This document shows, one piece after another, positions 39,036 to 48,292 of a DNA stretch of 61,089 bases. This DNA comes from a virus (lineage: Duplodnaviria; Caudoviricetes). Both the position numbers and the translations under genes were made by a program. Where the stretch lies: the IMG/VR virus record IMGVR_UViG_3300025108_000045, positions 1 through 61,089 of that record. The stretch is one strand, 5' to 3'. The notes under the pieces are model-generated. The model was not told the origin of the DNA, did not search any database, and worked only from the letters and a program-made list of their open reading frames with translations. The stretch's first letter is position 1; every line of letters starts with the position of its first letter.

Positions 39036-40867
39036 TATTGGAAACCGCTTTCTTTTTCTTTCGCGGTAGGGTCAGTCGCCGATTGAATACTGTCAAGCGC
39101 TTGTTCGATTGGAGTCTTCTTCCCGCCTCTTTGATTTTTCTTGGAGGAAGGAGCACCCGATTGGTGTGTTTCGGAACTGATAGGAGCGGGGCCATTATCG
39201 CGTTGTCCTGTCCCTTCACCAAGTCCGATAGCCTTCTCCATCATCATGATTTGCCCCGGTCCTCCGGGCGGAGGCCCTCCACCGCCCGGCGGAAGCCCAC
39301 CTCCGGGCGGCATCATTGGACCCCCACCCTGTGGAGGTATGCCGCCCCCCGGCGGCATAGGTGGAGGCATTCCACCACCCGGCGGCATTCCGCCCGGCGG
39401 CATTCCGCCCGCGCCAGCCTGTTGTTGTTGTGCGGCTTCTTGCGGGTCGGGTTTCTTGTAAGTGAATCGTATGTCGCGTCCAGCATCTTCTGTGAGTTCG
39501 GGTTGGAAACCAAGCCCTTGCATACGCTGTGCGATGTTGACTTCTTGCTCATCGCGACGGAGGCGTGTGATTTCATCTTCTTCTTCGTTCGGATAAAGTG
39601 TCAAACACCAGTCACTAACACCCATTTGCTCAAGCAAACGAGGGAAGAGTTCGCGGGAGTACAATTTTTGTCCCGATTCAACAGCGCGATTGGTGACGAG
39701 TATTTGCATACCCTCGTTGTTTAATCCGCCGGATTTACCAGTATCCATCATGAATACATTGGATACACCGTAAAATGCGGCAATGCGCATTCGTATTTCA
39801 TCGCGGATTTGAGAATACTGCATCTCATCAAGACTGTCCATGAAGCGAACGAACTCAACCTTACCACGACCCGAAGCGGACTCGACGCCAACCTTTGGAA
39901 TGTAGTGAGGGTCACGCTCCATTTTCTCTTCTGCTCCTTTCCAAAAAGCCGCAGTTGATTGAATGTTATCTGTTGTAATCGCAAGAATACCTCGCGGAAT
40001 ACGCCTCTTTTGATATGCGAGGTAAATGTAATTGTCCATCGCAGTGAGGCTCATTGCTTGACGCCACATACTCGCGACCGGAGAACGACCGTACAATTTA
40101 GACGGATTGAATTTAGATGTATGCAACACCTCTCCTTCAAGGTAATACTGTGTTTTACCACTACCTGCGGTGTTGATGTAGTGAATGTCTTGTAGTGGTA
40201 AAGAGCATATTTCACATTTTTTGTGGTCGCCGTTGTGAGAGTAGGTCTTGTCGCGATGCACAGGGCATAGTAAGTATCGACCCCCGCGCTTACCTGCTTT
40301 ATCGGCAACAATACGCATGAATGTAGGGTCACCGCGAATCAACTCCTTGATTCGGAAAAATTCAATTTTACCACTGTCAGCGTCAATGAAGTATTCCTTG
40401 ATGAGAATTAGGAACGCGTCATCAACAATATCCAAATCCCACTCAACCTCTTTCATGACTTCAATGAAAGACTGGTCCATACTGTTGCGTTGTTTCATCA
40501 ACCATCGCGGGTAAAGAATTTGGTCAGCATCGGGGCTGTCAAATTCTTCATTCCCACAAATGCGACATTCTGTCACCGTGTCATGTTGATATTCCTCTTC
40601 GCAGTTCTTACATTTCTTATGGTATTTCTTCTCCCAATAATAACCGCGGCGGAAAATCTCTTGGCACAGTGTGTTGATGGTTGTTCGGAGAATGATGGAT
40701 TCTTGCACAGTCGCGTAAAGCGCAGGTATTGAGACACCTTGGACAAGAACAGGCTCTTGAATACCCGTCTTCCACAAAGGCATCTGCGGTTCGGGGGTCG
40801 AGCGTCGGTTGAAGGGTTTGGTTATTGAAGACAGGAAACGCCCTACTACACCTTGTTTGTCTGCCAT
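39035..40867 (-). CDS. Portal protein (610 aa) with Zn-binding insertions and a Gly/Pro/Met-rich tail
   Basis: DLDIVDDAFL, LYGRSPV, RIPRGIL, IAAFYGVSNVF portal-like motifs; between terminase and protease genes. Confidence 0.9.
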   Translation of the reverse strand: MADKQGVVGRFLSSITKPFNRRSTPEPQMPLWKTGIQEPVLVQGVSIPALYATVQESIILRTTINTLCQEIFRRGYYWEKKYHKKCKNCEEEYQHDTVTECRICGNEEFDSPDADQILYPRWLMKQRNSMDQSFIEVMKEVEWDLDIVDDAFLILIKEYFIDADSGKIEFFRIKELIRGDPTFMRIVADKAGKRGGRYLLCPVHRDKTYSHNGDHKKCEICSLPLQDIHYINTAGSGKTQYYLEGEVLHTSKFNPSKLYGRSPVASMWRQAMSLTAMDNYIYLAYQKRRIPRGILAITTDNIQSTAAFWKGAEEKMERDPHYIPKVGVESASGRGKVEFVRFMDSLDEMQYSQIRDEIRMRIAAFYGVSNVFMMDTGKSGGLNNEGMQILVTNRAVESGQKLYSRELFPRLLEQMGVSDWCLTLYPNEEEDEITRLRRDEQEVNIAQRMQGLGFQPELTEDAGRDIRFTYKKPDPQEAAQQQQAGAGGMPPGGMPPGGGMPPPMPPGGGIPPQGGGPMMPPGGGLPPGGGGPPPGGPGQIMMMEKAIGLGEGTGQRDNGPAPISSETHQSGAPSSKKNQRGGKKTPIEQALDSIQSATDPTAKEKESGFQ

Positions 40868-42267
40868 TAAATCATCTCCACAAGTCGGTCAGCGTCGTCA
40901 AGGAGACGAAGGGTTTCACCGTCCCGACTAAACATCGCACGAACTCCCACCTCATCAATGTTCCACTCTTTCAAGAGTTCCTCGCGCTTATCGGGAACAT
41001 CCTTCCAATTCAACCACTTTACAATGCGATACAACTCATCGCGGCGAGATTTCATAATGTCGGTTTTACGACCGCGCAAATCAAGCAACTCAATCACTGC
41101 ACCAGCCTGTCCCTTCTTCATCCGCAAGTGTTGGGTGATGCCTTTCATCAATTTACGCAAATCTTTCTCACTGTAAAATTGCAGTCGATGTTGAGTCCGT
41201 CGGCTGTTCTTATGAATTTTCAAATCGGTTTGCAGTACGCCACAACCAAGCGCTTTGTGTAAATTCTCACAATGCATCTTACCTCGCTCACCCGTAGCGA
41301 TAAAGCCAGCGCGGGGTTCCATCCTCTTCGTAATAGTGATGTAGCCGTCAGCATCAAGAAAACCAGCGGCATAAGCCCACACATCTTTGAAAATAACTGT
41401 CTCATCGCGCACGATTCCCCAAGATGCACCAATCTTCTCAATATCATACTCAACGCCGTGCATTTTGAGAATCATGCTCAACCGATTAGGAGAAAGATTT
41501 CTCGCTTTCTCAATGCTTGCGCATAATTCGTTTGAAGAAAGCGGCCCGCGCTCTTCAAGAATCAAGTGTGCTTTGGTTAATACGATTGCATCAGTTTTTT
41601 TGATGTTGTCAACAGAATGTAAAGAACTTCTCCATTCCTTCTTTGCATCTTTTTTGAGTTGCTGAGCCTGTTTCCATATTGCTCTTTGCTCATCATTGAA
41701 ATTTCCATCAATGAGCAACAATTTAGTTATGGCATCGTTTGCCTTCTCCCACTGTACGCACGCGCGCCGAAGAGAATACTCTCGCGAACTACCGTGTTTT
41801 CTCAACGCTTGCAAATCTCGTTCATTTATGCCTAAGTTGCGAACAGTATTCTCATGCTTACCAATCCAATCAATTGATTGTAGCGTAGCCTCGACCTCTT
41901 GTTTCTTTGCAATTCGGATAGCGTCGATAGCGTGGTCGATAGCGTCACGCATATCTTTATTTTGACGGCGAGCCATTCTCAAGTCTTTGACTAAATCACC
42001 AGCCCCACGACCAAACATAGATTGGAACCATCCACCGTCGGGAAGTGACTGCTTTAGTTGTTGGTTAATCATCCCTCGCATCTTTTTCTCTTCCTCAGCC
42101 TCTTCGATTTGATTCGGACGCGCAGGTGTAGGGTTAGCGTTCGCTTCCCCTTCCCCTTGAGAAGTGGGTGCGGGAGCGTCTCCGAAGGAGGGACCGCGTA
42201 TGTTTGTTTTAAGAAGCGGGTGATTGCTCAACATGTCTTGGATGGCGGTCAAATCAATTGCACTCAT
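40867..42267 (-). CDS. Helical + winged-helix + LAGLIDADG endonuclease-domain protein (466 aa)
   Basis: AYAAGFLDADGYI motif near residue 300; wHTH-like GPLSSNEL...SPNRLSMILK; GAGGTGA SD; coupled to the portal gene. Confidence 0.8.
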   Translation of the reverse strand: MSAIDLTAIQDMLSNHPLLKTNIRGPSFGDAPAPTSQGEGEANANPTPARPNQIEEAEEEKKMRGMINQQLKQSLPDGGWFQSMFGRGAGDLVKDLRMARRQNKDMRDAIDHAIDAIRIAKKQEVEATLQSIDWIGKHENTVRNLGINERDLQALRKHGSSREYSLRRACVQWEKANDAITKLLLIDGNFNDEQRAIWKQAQQLKKDAKKEWRSSLHSVDNIKKTDAIVLTKAHLILEERGPLSSNELCASIEKARNLSPNRLSMILKMHGVEYDIEKIGASWGIVRDETVIFKDVWAYAAGFLDADGYITITKRMEPRAGFIATGERGKMHCENLHKALGCGVLQTDLKIHKNSRRTQHRLQFYSEKDLRKLMKGITQHLRMKKGQAGAVIELLDLRGRKTDIMKSRRDELYRIVKWLNWKDVPDKREELLKEWNIDEVGVRAMFSRDGETLRLLDDADRLVEMI

Positions 42268-42391
42268 GACGCATCACCTCACCGCTCCCGTCCATGGCTA
42301 AGGGATTACCGTTTTTAAGCCAACAGTCTTTACAAAATCCAAAAGGATAAATTACGGGGCTGTGATAACACTCCCCGCAATAAGTTGACAT
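42254..42391 (-). CDS. Zinc-finger microprotein (45 aa; absent from ORF track)
   Basis: MSTYCGECYHSPVIYPFGFCKDCWLKNGNPLAMDGSGEVMRHECN; start overlaps the upstream TAA; two CxxC. Confidence 0.7.
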   Translation of the reverse strand: MSTYCGECYHSPVIYPFGFCKDCWLKNGNPLAMDGSGEVMRHECN

Positions 42392-43068
42392 TAACAGTTC
42401 CACCTTTTCAGCGACGCGCCTTTAGGAGTGAGTTTACCACCCTTGCTTGTTGCACCTTTCATTCCACTCATCCGCGCACAAAAAGACTTACGCCTCTTAG
42501 CCTTCTTTGAGCCGGGTTTGAGTTTGCTTGGTTTGGTTGTTACAGGAGGTTTGAGATTCGCACCGCTCTTACGCTTGGCGGCGGCACGACCTTTGGCGTT
42601 CAATCCACCCTTCTTGCTATGCTTGTTTGGATTGTAGCCGTGGAAAGGTTTGCTCTTTTTCTTGGCTTTGAGAAGAGCGGATGAAATGTCCATTGGTGAA
42701 CAGCAATTGCAGAATGAAACTTCTTTTGCAATTACCCTACTATCCATTGTTGCTAATTCTTCTGCTGTTATTGGTTCGTGCATTATGTATTCGTAGTTCA
42801 TCTTAACCACCGTGGGCTTACCACCCACTCCTTGTTTTTTGCTACGCTTGCGTTTTGTCGCCGCGCGCTTTTGACCCGACGACATAGAGCCGCTGGTCTT
42901 AGGAGTTTTACTTGTTACTTTGACAGAAGGGCGACACTTAGGGTAGCCCTTAGAAGATTTACTGGCTTTGCTTCGACCACACGGAGGATGCTTACCATCC
43001 TTACCTGTGCGCGAAACATCCACCCACTTCTCCTTGAACCAACGGTTCAAGTTCTTTTCAATTGTCAT
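42391..43068 (-). CDS. Highly basic two-domain protein (225 aa), candidate DNA-condensing core protein
   Basis: K/R-rich domains WFKEKWVDV...CGRS...YPKCRP and GGLNAKGR...RRKSFCARM...WNC, joined by a linker ending PMDISSALLK. Confidence 0.7.
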   Translation of the reverse strand: MTIEKNLNRWFKEKWVDVSRTGKDGKHPPCGRSKASKSSKGYPKCRPSVKVTSKTPKTSGSMSSGQKRAATKRKRSKKQGVGGKPTVVKMNYEYIMHEPITAEELATMDSRVIAKEVSFCNCCSPMDISSALLKAKKKSKPFHGYNPNKHSKKGGLNAKGRAAAKRKSGANLKPPVTTKPSKLKPGSKKAKRRKSFCARMSGMKGATSKGGKLTPKGASLKRWNC

Positions 43069-43229
43069 ACCACTCGCACCATTTTTTTCATGGTAGTCTT
43101 TTGCTTATCCATCAAAGCATAGCAAGGACATTTAGGAGACTTTGCAGAACAATCGTTACCTTCAATCATACAGACGCAGGGGGTCTTTTTCGTGCCACCG
43201 CAACAGCATTTATCTTTTTTGAGTTTCAT
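43065..43229 (-). CDS. Cys-rich metallothionein-like microprotein (54 aa; absent from ORF track)
   Basis: MKLKKDKCCCGGTKKTPCVCMIEGNDCSAKSPKCPCYALMDKQKTTMKKMVRVV; ATGA overlaps at both ends. Confidence 0.75.
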   Translation of the reverse strand: MKLKKDKCCCGGTKKTPCVCMIEGNDCSAKSPKCPCYALMDKQKTTMKKMVRVV

Positions 43230-43423
43230 TTCTTTTTGCCTCCTTTCTTCTTCTTGCCTTTGAATTTACCTTGGCAGTATTGAACGGCCCACCCATTTGC
43301 ATACGCGCTTGGATAAACTTTGAACTTACGCTTCGCCGCGGCTTTACCAGCGGGACACAACTTTTTCTCAAGGTATCCAAACGCGGCATTCCCTGCAAAA
43401 CAAAATTGGCAATCACAAGTCAT
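43226..43423 (-). CDS. Small basic protein (65 aa)
   Basis: CDCQFC, then AAFGYLEK, then KLCPAGKAAAKRKFKVYPSAYANGWAVQYC. Confidence 0.7.
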   Translation of the reverse strand: MTCDCQFCFAGNAAFGYLEKKLCPAGKAAAKRKFKVYPSAYANGWAVQYCQGKFKGKKKKGGKKK

Positions 43424-43452
43424 TCAAAAACCCCATTCATCAAAAGGAAAAA

Positions 43453-44853
43453 TCAATCCAACAGCCCCATCATTATATCATCCAAGTCCACGATTCGTTC
43501 GCGGAACTCTGTGGTAGCCCAATGAGCCAAAGCAAGAGCGATGGCGAAGTCATCGTGTCGTCCGATGCTGTCGAGTCGTCCTTTCTTACTCATACCGAAC
43601 ATCAGCAATTCTTTCTCAAGTTCAGCCATCAGCGAGCGAGAACGGTCGTCACCCCACGGCAGTCGCATCTGTTCGTTCTCGAATCGCAATACCAAACCCA
43701 TGAGAAGCGACTCACGGCGTTGGCGCGTGGAAATGAATGTTTTGATAGGAAGGTCTGTGTCTGCGCGCAACTCAGTTGCGAAGACCCGCTGGAAGTTGTT
43801 CGCCTCTAATTCAATCACATCGGGATTGAACTTCGCGTTAATTCTTTGAATTTCCATAATCTGTGTTCGGAAATCCATGTTCTTACGGCGCACTGCATGA
43901 ACCAATTCAAGCAGTTCGGGGTTGGTTGATGGGCGACGAAGAACTACCATTACAGTAAAGTCAGCGGCCCTATCGGAAGAGATAGCAGGGTCCCAACCGA
44001 CAAAGTATTGGTCGTCGGGGTCACCGACTTCGCGGTCAATAATTTTGAGTGTAGTGTCTTTGGCGAGTTGAAGAACGGTCGAAGGGAACAGACTGCTCAC
44101 ATCGTCCATAGGTTCGCAAAGATATTCTCGCGCAAACGCAATCGCAGGCATGTCAGCCCTGCGCGCATCCAATGCTTCTAAGTCCCATCGTTCGGGCCAA
44201 AGGGCTATTCCTTTTGCGTTGATTGCCGGATATGTTTCAACAAGATACCCGTCGCGACTCTCAAGTTCAGTGTAAAGGTCAGTCGGAGTAAACGGTGTGC
44301 CGACAATCATCAGTTTGGATGTGTGGTGAAGTGTAGGTACAAGAACTTCGTAAAACCAAGAAGCCACTCTCATTAGTTCAGTATCTGTTGTACCCCACAG
44401 AATGTCGTCACAGAGGATGAGGTCGGGGTGGATACCACGGATAGCGCCTCCGACAGACTTCGCGCTGATGTTTGAGCCATTGCTAAAACCGAAGAAAGTC
44501 TTTGACCAACTGTCAGCCTTCTTCATCTTAGCGAGAAAGGGTATGCCATCAATAAGGTCATTGAGTGTGCGCATGTGGTGGATGGACTGATGAAGACTGT
44601 GTGAAATCAAGACAGCCTTCGTCTTAGGGTTGAATGCTGTTTTCCAAAGCATGTAGCCGAGGAACAGTGTTGATTTGCCGTGGTCACGCGCCGCTTTGAC
44701 GCAATAGCGCTTGTGTGATTCAAGATTGTTGAACCATTGATTGTGATGCGTTGAAAGTTGAAACCCAAGAATCTCTTCAAAGAAAAACTTGAAGTCACGC
44801 TTCGCGACTTCAAAGTCGATTTCTTCTATTGCTTCAAGGGATAACGATTCCAC
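43453..44853 (-). CDS. terL: Terminase large subunit (466 aa)
   Basis: Walker A AARDHGKS, Walker B LILCDD, coupling motif VGTP, nuclease motifs VGWDPA..DFT and HDDFAIALALA. Confidence 0.95.
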   Translation of the reverse strand: MESLSLEAIEEIDFEVAKRDFKFFFEEILGFQLSTHHNQWFNNLESHKRYCVKAARDHGKSTLFLGYMLWKTAFNPKTKAVLISHSLHQSIHHMRTLNDLIDGIPFLAKMKKADSWSKTFFGFSNGSNISAKSVGGAIRGIHPDLILCDDILWGTTDTELMRVASWFYEVLVPTLHHTSKLMIVGTPFTPTDLYTELESRDGYLVETYPAINAKGIALWPERWDLEALDARRADMPAIAFAREYLCEPMDDVSSLFPSTVLQLAKDTTLKIIDREVGDPDDQYFVGWDPAISSDRAADFTVMVVLRRPSTNPELLELVHAVRRKNMDFRTQIMEIQRINAKFNPDVIELEANNFQRVFATELRADTDLPIKTFISTRQRRESLLMGLVLRFENEQMRLPWGDDRSRSLMAELEKELLMFGMSKKGRLDSIGRHDDFAIALALAHWATTEFRERIVDLDDIMMGLLD

Positions 44854-44859
44854 ACACCA

Positions 44860-46551
44860 TCACCTAATCGCTAATTGCTTCATCAAAAGATTCCATCCGC
44901 GCGTATCAATGCTGTCTGCTGATAGTGTCAATGGTGCTGAAATAGCCGGCGCTGGCACATCTTCTTCTTCAAACTCGTCGTTGCCTTGCGTCGCTTCTTC
45001 AACCATCTCTTTCGCTTTAGGATTACCCTGTTTTGCAGACTGTGCTACTTGTTCAGCCTGTGCAGGTGTCAAACCATGGTATTCGGCAACTGCCGCCGCT
45101 ATTTGCTGAGAAAAACCTCGGTTCCCAAAATTCTTAGCATTCGCTTCATAAGATTCGGGCTTGTTCCGCGCACCTTCAAGAAGTCTATTGTAACCCGTCC
45201 TTCGCGAACTGCCCGGTCGGAAAATCTTCTCGGATTGCGTTCTTGCAAATTCTTCAGCAGGGTCAGCGACGGGTTGAGGCGCGCCTGCTTCGGGTGCAGG
45301 CATTTCAGTGGATGGGGTTGGCACATCTTCTTCTTCATACACAGGGGCTGGCACATCTTCTTCTTCATACGGCTTCGGGCTTTGGTCACTGAGCGCTGAT
45401 TCAACAGGCCCTTCTTCCATAGCATCCTTCGCCGCTTCTCCCGCCGCCGCCGACGCAGGGTCAATCGTTCGCGAACTTTCCCTTCGCTTATTGCCCAACT
45501 CTCGGATTTTGTTACGAAGACCACCTAAACCAGCGTTAGGTCCGGCCTCATCAATGTCTGCTTGCAACTTCTTTTTTGCTTCTTCATTCGCATCAAAGTC
45601 AGTTTGATATTGATTCATTTGCTCATCGCGAAGAGATTGGTGTCCGGCTTGCGATGCGCGTTGCTTTTGTCGTTGAAGTTCTCCTGCCCGTCCGGTTTGT
45701 AATTGGTCTAATTGGTTTTGGTCGCCGCGTCGCTTGATGGTTCTTGCCATAACGCCGTCACCAACGCGCTTGCCTGTCGCATCTTTTTCACCTAAGAGAG
45801 CATCCATACCATGGCGAGCAGTATCACCTACGCCTTGCATGAAGTTACCCATTCGTTGCCTAATGCCGGGGAATTTTCGGGCCATGAAATCGCGTGCTTT
45901 ACCAGCACCAGCGGCCATTCCGCGACCTGCCCCTCTCATGGCTTGACCAGTTTTTTCTTTTGCACTACCATACGCTCTGCCCATAGCGGGTGCGGCGGTG
46001 TTCTGTGCGAAGTCCTTTGCTCCAGCATACGCTCGACCCATTGCTGGTCCAGCGGTGTTCTGTGCGAAGTCCTTTGTCGCATTTGCACCAGCGGCAATAC
46101 CCCTACCTGCCATTTGTGCGCCGCCCATGATGGCGCGGCCTGTGTTCGCCGCGGCATGTCCAGCGGCGGCTCCGTAAAGACCAGCCTGCATAGCATTCCT
46201 TGCATTGGGGTCTTGTTGATAATTATCAAGTCCCTGCATGGTTTGTTGAGTTTTGTATTGTCGTCGTGCTTGATGAGGGGATTGTACGGCAGTACCAGCA
46301 TAGGGTTGTGCCGCGCGGAAATCTTGAGTGACCCCGTATGGCACTTGCTTGCGGATAATGTCGGGATGAGAGTTGTCGCGTTCTGCGACAGCCTTGATGA
46401 GAGGTTCCCAAGTATTGTCTTGAGTATCAAACATAACATAGTTCATATCGGAGATGTTGCCGCCTTTCGCGAAAATAAATTCCATAGTTCCAGCATCTCT
46501 GCCGTGCTCAATCATACTGCTATTCCATTCTATTTCCCATGTTTCAACCAT
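44860..46551 (-). CDS. Ala/Gly/Gln-rich putative internal virion protein (563 aa)
   Basis: Likely start MVETWE; amphipathic 19-aa repeats, three EEEDVP repeats, several hydrophobic-x-K motifs. Confidence 0.6.
   Translation of the reverse strand: MVETWEIEWNSSMIEHGRDAGTMEFIFAKGGNISDMNYVMFDTQDNTWEPLIKAVAERDNSHPDIIRKQVPYGVTQDFRAAQPYAGTAVQSPHQARRQYKTQQTMQGLDNYQQDPNARNAMQAGLYGAAAGHAAANTGRAIMGGAQMAGRGIAAGANATKDFAQNTAGPAMGRAYAGAKDFAQNTAAPAMGRAYGSAKEKTGQAMRGAGRGMAAGAGKARDFMARKFPGIRQRMGNFMQGVGDTARHGMDALLGEKDATGKRVGDGVMARTIKRRGDQNQLDQLQTGRAGELQRQKQRASQAGHQSLRDEQMNQYQTDFDANEEAKKKLQADIDEAGPNAGLGGLRNKIRELGNKRRESSRTIDPASAAAGEAAKDAMEEGPVESALSDQSPKPYEEEDVPAPVYEEEDVPTPSTEMPAPEAGAPQPVADPAEEFARTQSEKIFRPGSSRRTGYNRLLEGARNKPESYEANAKNFGNRGFSQQIAAAVAEYHGLTPAQAEQVAQSAKQGNPKAKEMVEEATQGNDEFEEEDVPAPAISAPLTLSADSIDTRGWNLLMKQLAIR
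45319..45370. repeat. 30-bp-period direct repeat (YEEEDVP) with a third copy at 44951-44971
   Basis: TGGCACATCTTCTTCTTCATAC at 45319 and 45349. Confidence 0.9.
45962..46076. repeat. 57-bp-period tandem repeat encoding KDFAQNTAxPAMGRAY
   Basis: CATACGCTC at 45969 and 46026; shared GCGGTGTTCTGTGCGAAGTCCTTTG. Confidence 0.9.
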
Positions 46552-48292
46552 TGACTGCACCACCGCAAGACTTCTTGATAGCGCGAACCACATCATGCGT
46601 CGTGTTAAAAGATTTCGCTAAAACCTCCCAATCACCAAGCGACATGGCTATCGCGCGAACATCAATACTTGACATGCCAACTTGTTGACTTAGTTTATTC
46701 ATGTCATAGGAATCCATAGGGTCGTATTTTGTCAACAAAGAGCCGCCTGCTTCGTGTAATTGCACGCGCTCCATGATGGTCGCGATAATACCCATCGGGT
46801 CATCATCGGATAGTTGAATATCATTGGGATTAAAACCGGAAAACCCTGTCGCACCACCAAACCCTGCGTAGGGGTCGCCCTCAAGCGGCTTTTGTGTGTT
46901 CCCATCGGGCAGTGTTGTAATCGGGTCTTGAGGTGGAAGCACATCATTTGCGCCTTCTTGCACAGCACCTGCCGAACCACTGCTTAGATGAGAGGGGAAC
47001 GAGTCGTGAAGATGGTCGTAGTTGTTGTTGACTTTACCTCGCATTTCATGCATACCGTCGGCTTCGCCAAGAGCCTCAAAATCAATCTGTCTTGCCTCTT
47101 GAGATGCAATCTCAATGTAGTTCTGCATGACTGATGGTGGAGGGGCTGAGCGAGATGTGTAAGCCGCGGGTTCTATTCCAAGTTCCTCCGCAGTCTTCAA
47201 CATAGCCATAATTTCAATAGCGGCTTTGTTGCGACCTCTGTCCCCTCCGCGAATCTTTGGAGCAAAATGGCCTCGATGTTTAGCAACTTCGTGTTTAATA
47301 TCGGGATTGTCGAAATCAATAGCCCCTCTCAAATTCGCCATAACGGTCTGCAAACCCGTCGGTGAACCATCTTTACCGCGACCAAAAAGCAACTGGTTGA
47401 TTGGCGCGCGAGCCATGGCTCTTGCAGTAGGTTGGTCAAATCCTTGGTCTTGTAAAGAATTCATCACTTCGGTGGACATACCGCCTGCGGTGCTTGGGGA
47501 GAATAAATCGGGGAGTCGTTGAGACAAGATAGCAACGATAGACATTGGCGATATTTGACCATAAGCGGCAGTCTGCGCATGGTCGTCTGCGTAGTGTGAA
47601 GGAAACACTGTATTGTCTTTAGCGGTAGGGTCCTTTTCATTTGAGTTGTAGCGGCGTGTAACACCACCTGTAATTTGCTGAGGTTCAATCACATTCTGCT
47701 TAGCGCCTAACTGACTGTCAATACCTCGACTTTTAATCTCATCAAGGAACTCTTTGTGAGTGTGAAATGCCGCTGACTCAAGATGAACACCAAGCGTCGG
47801 GTGTGCTTTGTTGTTCGCGTGATTGTTGATGAGTCGCCCTTCTTCGTCACGCGTTTGTCGATTCGCTGTCGGAACACGACGAGATTGATGCGCCCCGTAG
47901 TGGTTATTTTCGTATTCGGGGTGTAAAGAACCATCTTCATCAAACGGAATGGGGACAGTGTGAAAGTCATCATTATTGTCGCGCTTGATTTTGTTGAACC
48001 TCATCGCCGCTTTGTTGAAAATATCTTTCGCTTTTCTCAACGCTTTCTCTTCTGTCGTATGTCCCCCTTTGACTAATTCATTAGCGAGGAAATGCGCGGC
48101 TTGTTCTTTAGGAAATCGAGAGCGAACATCGGGTGGAATTTCATCAAACGGTTTACCAGTTATGGAATTGATGTAAAAGTGCGACATTTTGTCGTGCGGT
48201 GAATGCTTTGGAGGGAAGGACATTGGGTGCATAACACCATCCTTATCCATGTAGTAAACACCCTTCCCCTTGAGGATGATTTCACCTCTCAC
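46544..48292 (-). CDS. Hypothetical putative internal virion protein (582 aa)
   Basis: GTG start overlapping the upstream TGA; begins MRGEIILK; no family recognised. Confidence 0.65.
   Translation of the reverse strand: MRGEIILKGKGVYYMDKDGVMHPMSFPPKHSPHDKMSHFYINSITGKPFDEIPPDVRSRFPKEQAAHFLANELVKGGHTTEEKALRKAKDIFNKAAMRFNKIKRDNNDDFHTVPIPFDEDGSLHPEYENNHYGAHQSRRVPTANRQTRDEEGRLINNHANNKAHPTLGVHLESAAFHTHKEFLDEIKSRGIDSQLGAKQNVIEPQQITGGVTRRYNSNEKDPTAKDNTVFPSHYADDHAQTAAYGQISPMSIVAILSQRLPDLFSPSTAGGMSTEVMNSLQDQGFDQPTARAMARAPINQLLFGRGKDGSPTGLQTVMANLRGAIDFDNPDIKHEVAKHRGHFAPKIRGGDRGRNKAAIEIMAMLKTAEELGIEPAAYTSRSAPPPSVMQNYIEIASQEARQIDFEALGEADGMHEMRGKVNNNYDHLHDSFPSHLSSGSAGAVQEGANDVLPPQDPITTLPDGNTQKPLEGDPYAGFGGATGFSGFNPNDIQLSDDDPMGIIATIMERVQLHEAGGSLLTKYDPMDSYDMNKLSQQVGMSSIDVRAIAMSLGDWEVLAKSFNTTHDVVRAIKKSCGGAVNG

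Noticed and set aside
40867-42267. Intein or group I intron explanation for the LAGLIDADG domain
   Set aside because: No N-terminal Cys/Ser splice block or C-terminal His-Asn; the flanking portal and terminase genes are intact.
1-46076. CRISPR array or diversity-generating retroelement suggested by direct repeats (208-318, 45319-45370, 45962-46076)
   Set aside because: All repeats are in-frame coding repeats without unique spacers; no reverse transcriptase or adenine-specific TR/VR pair was seen.
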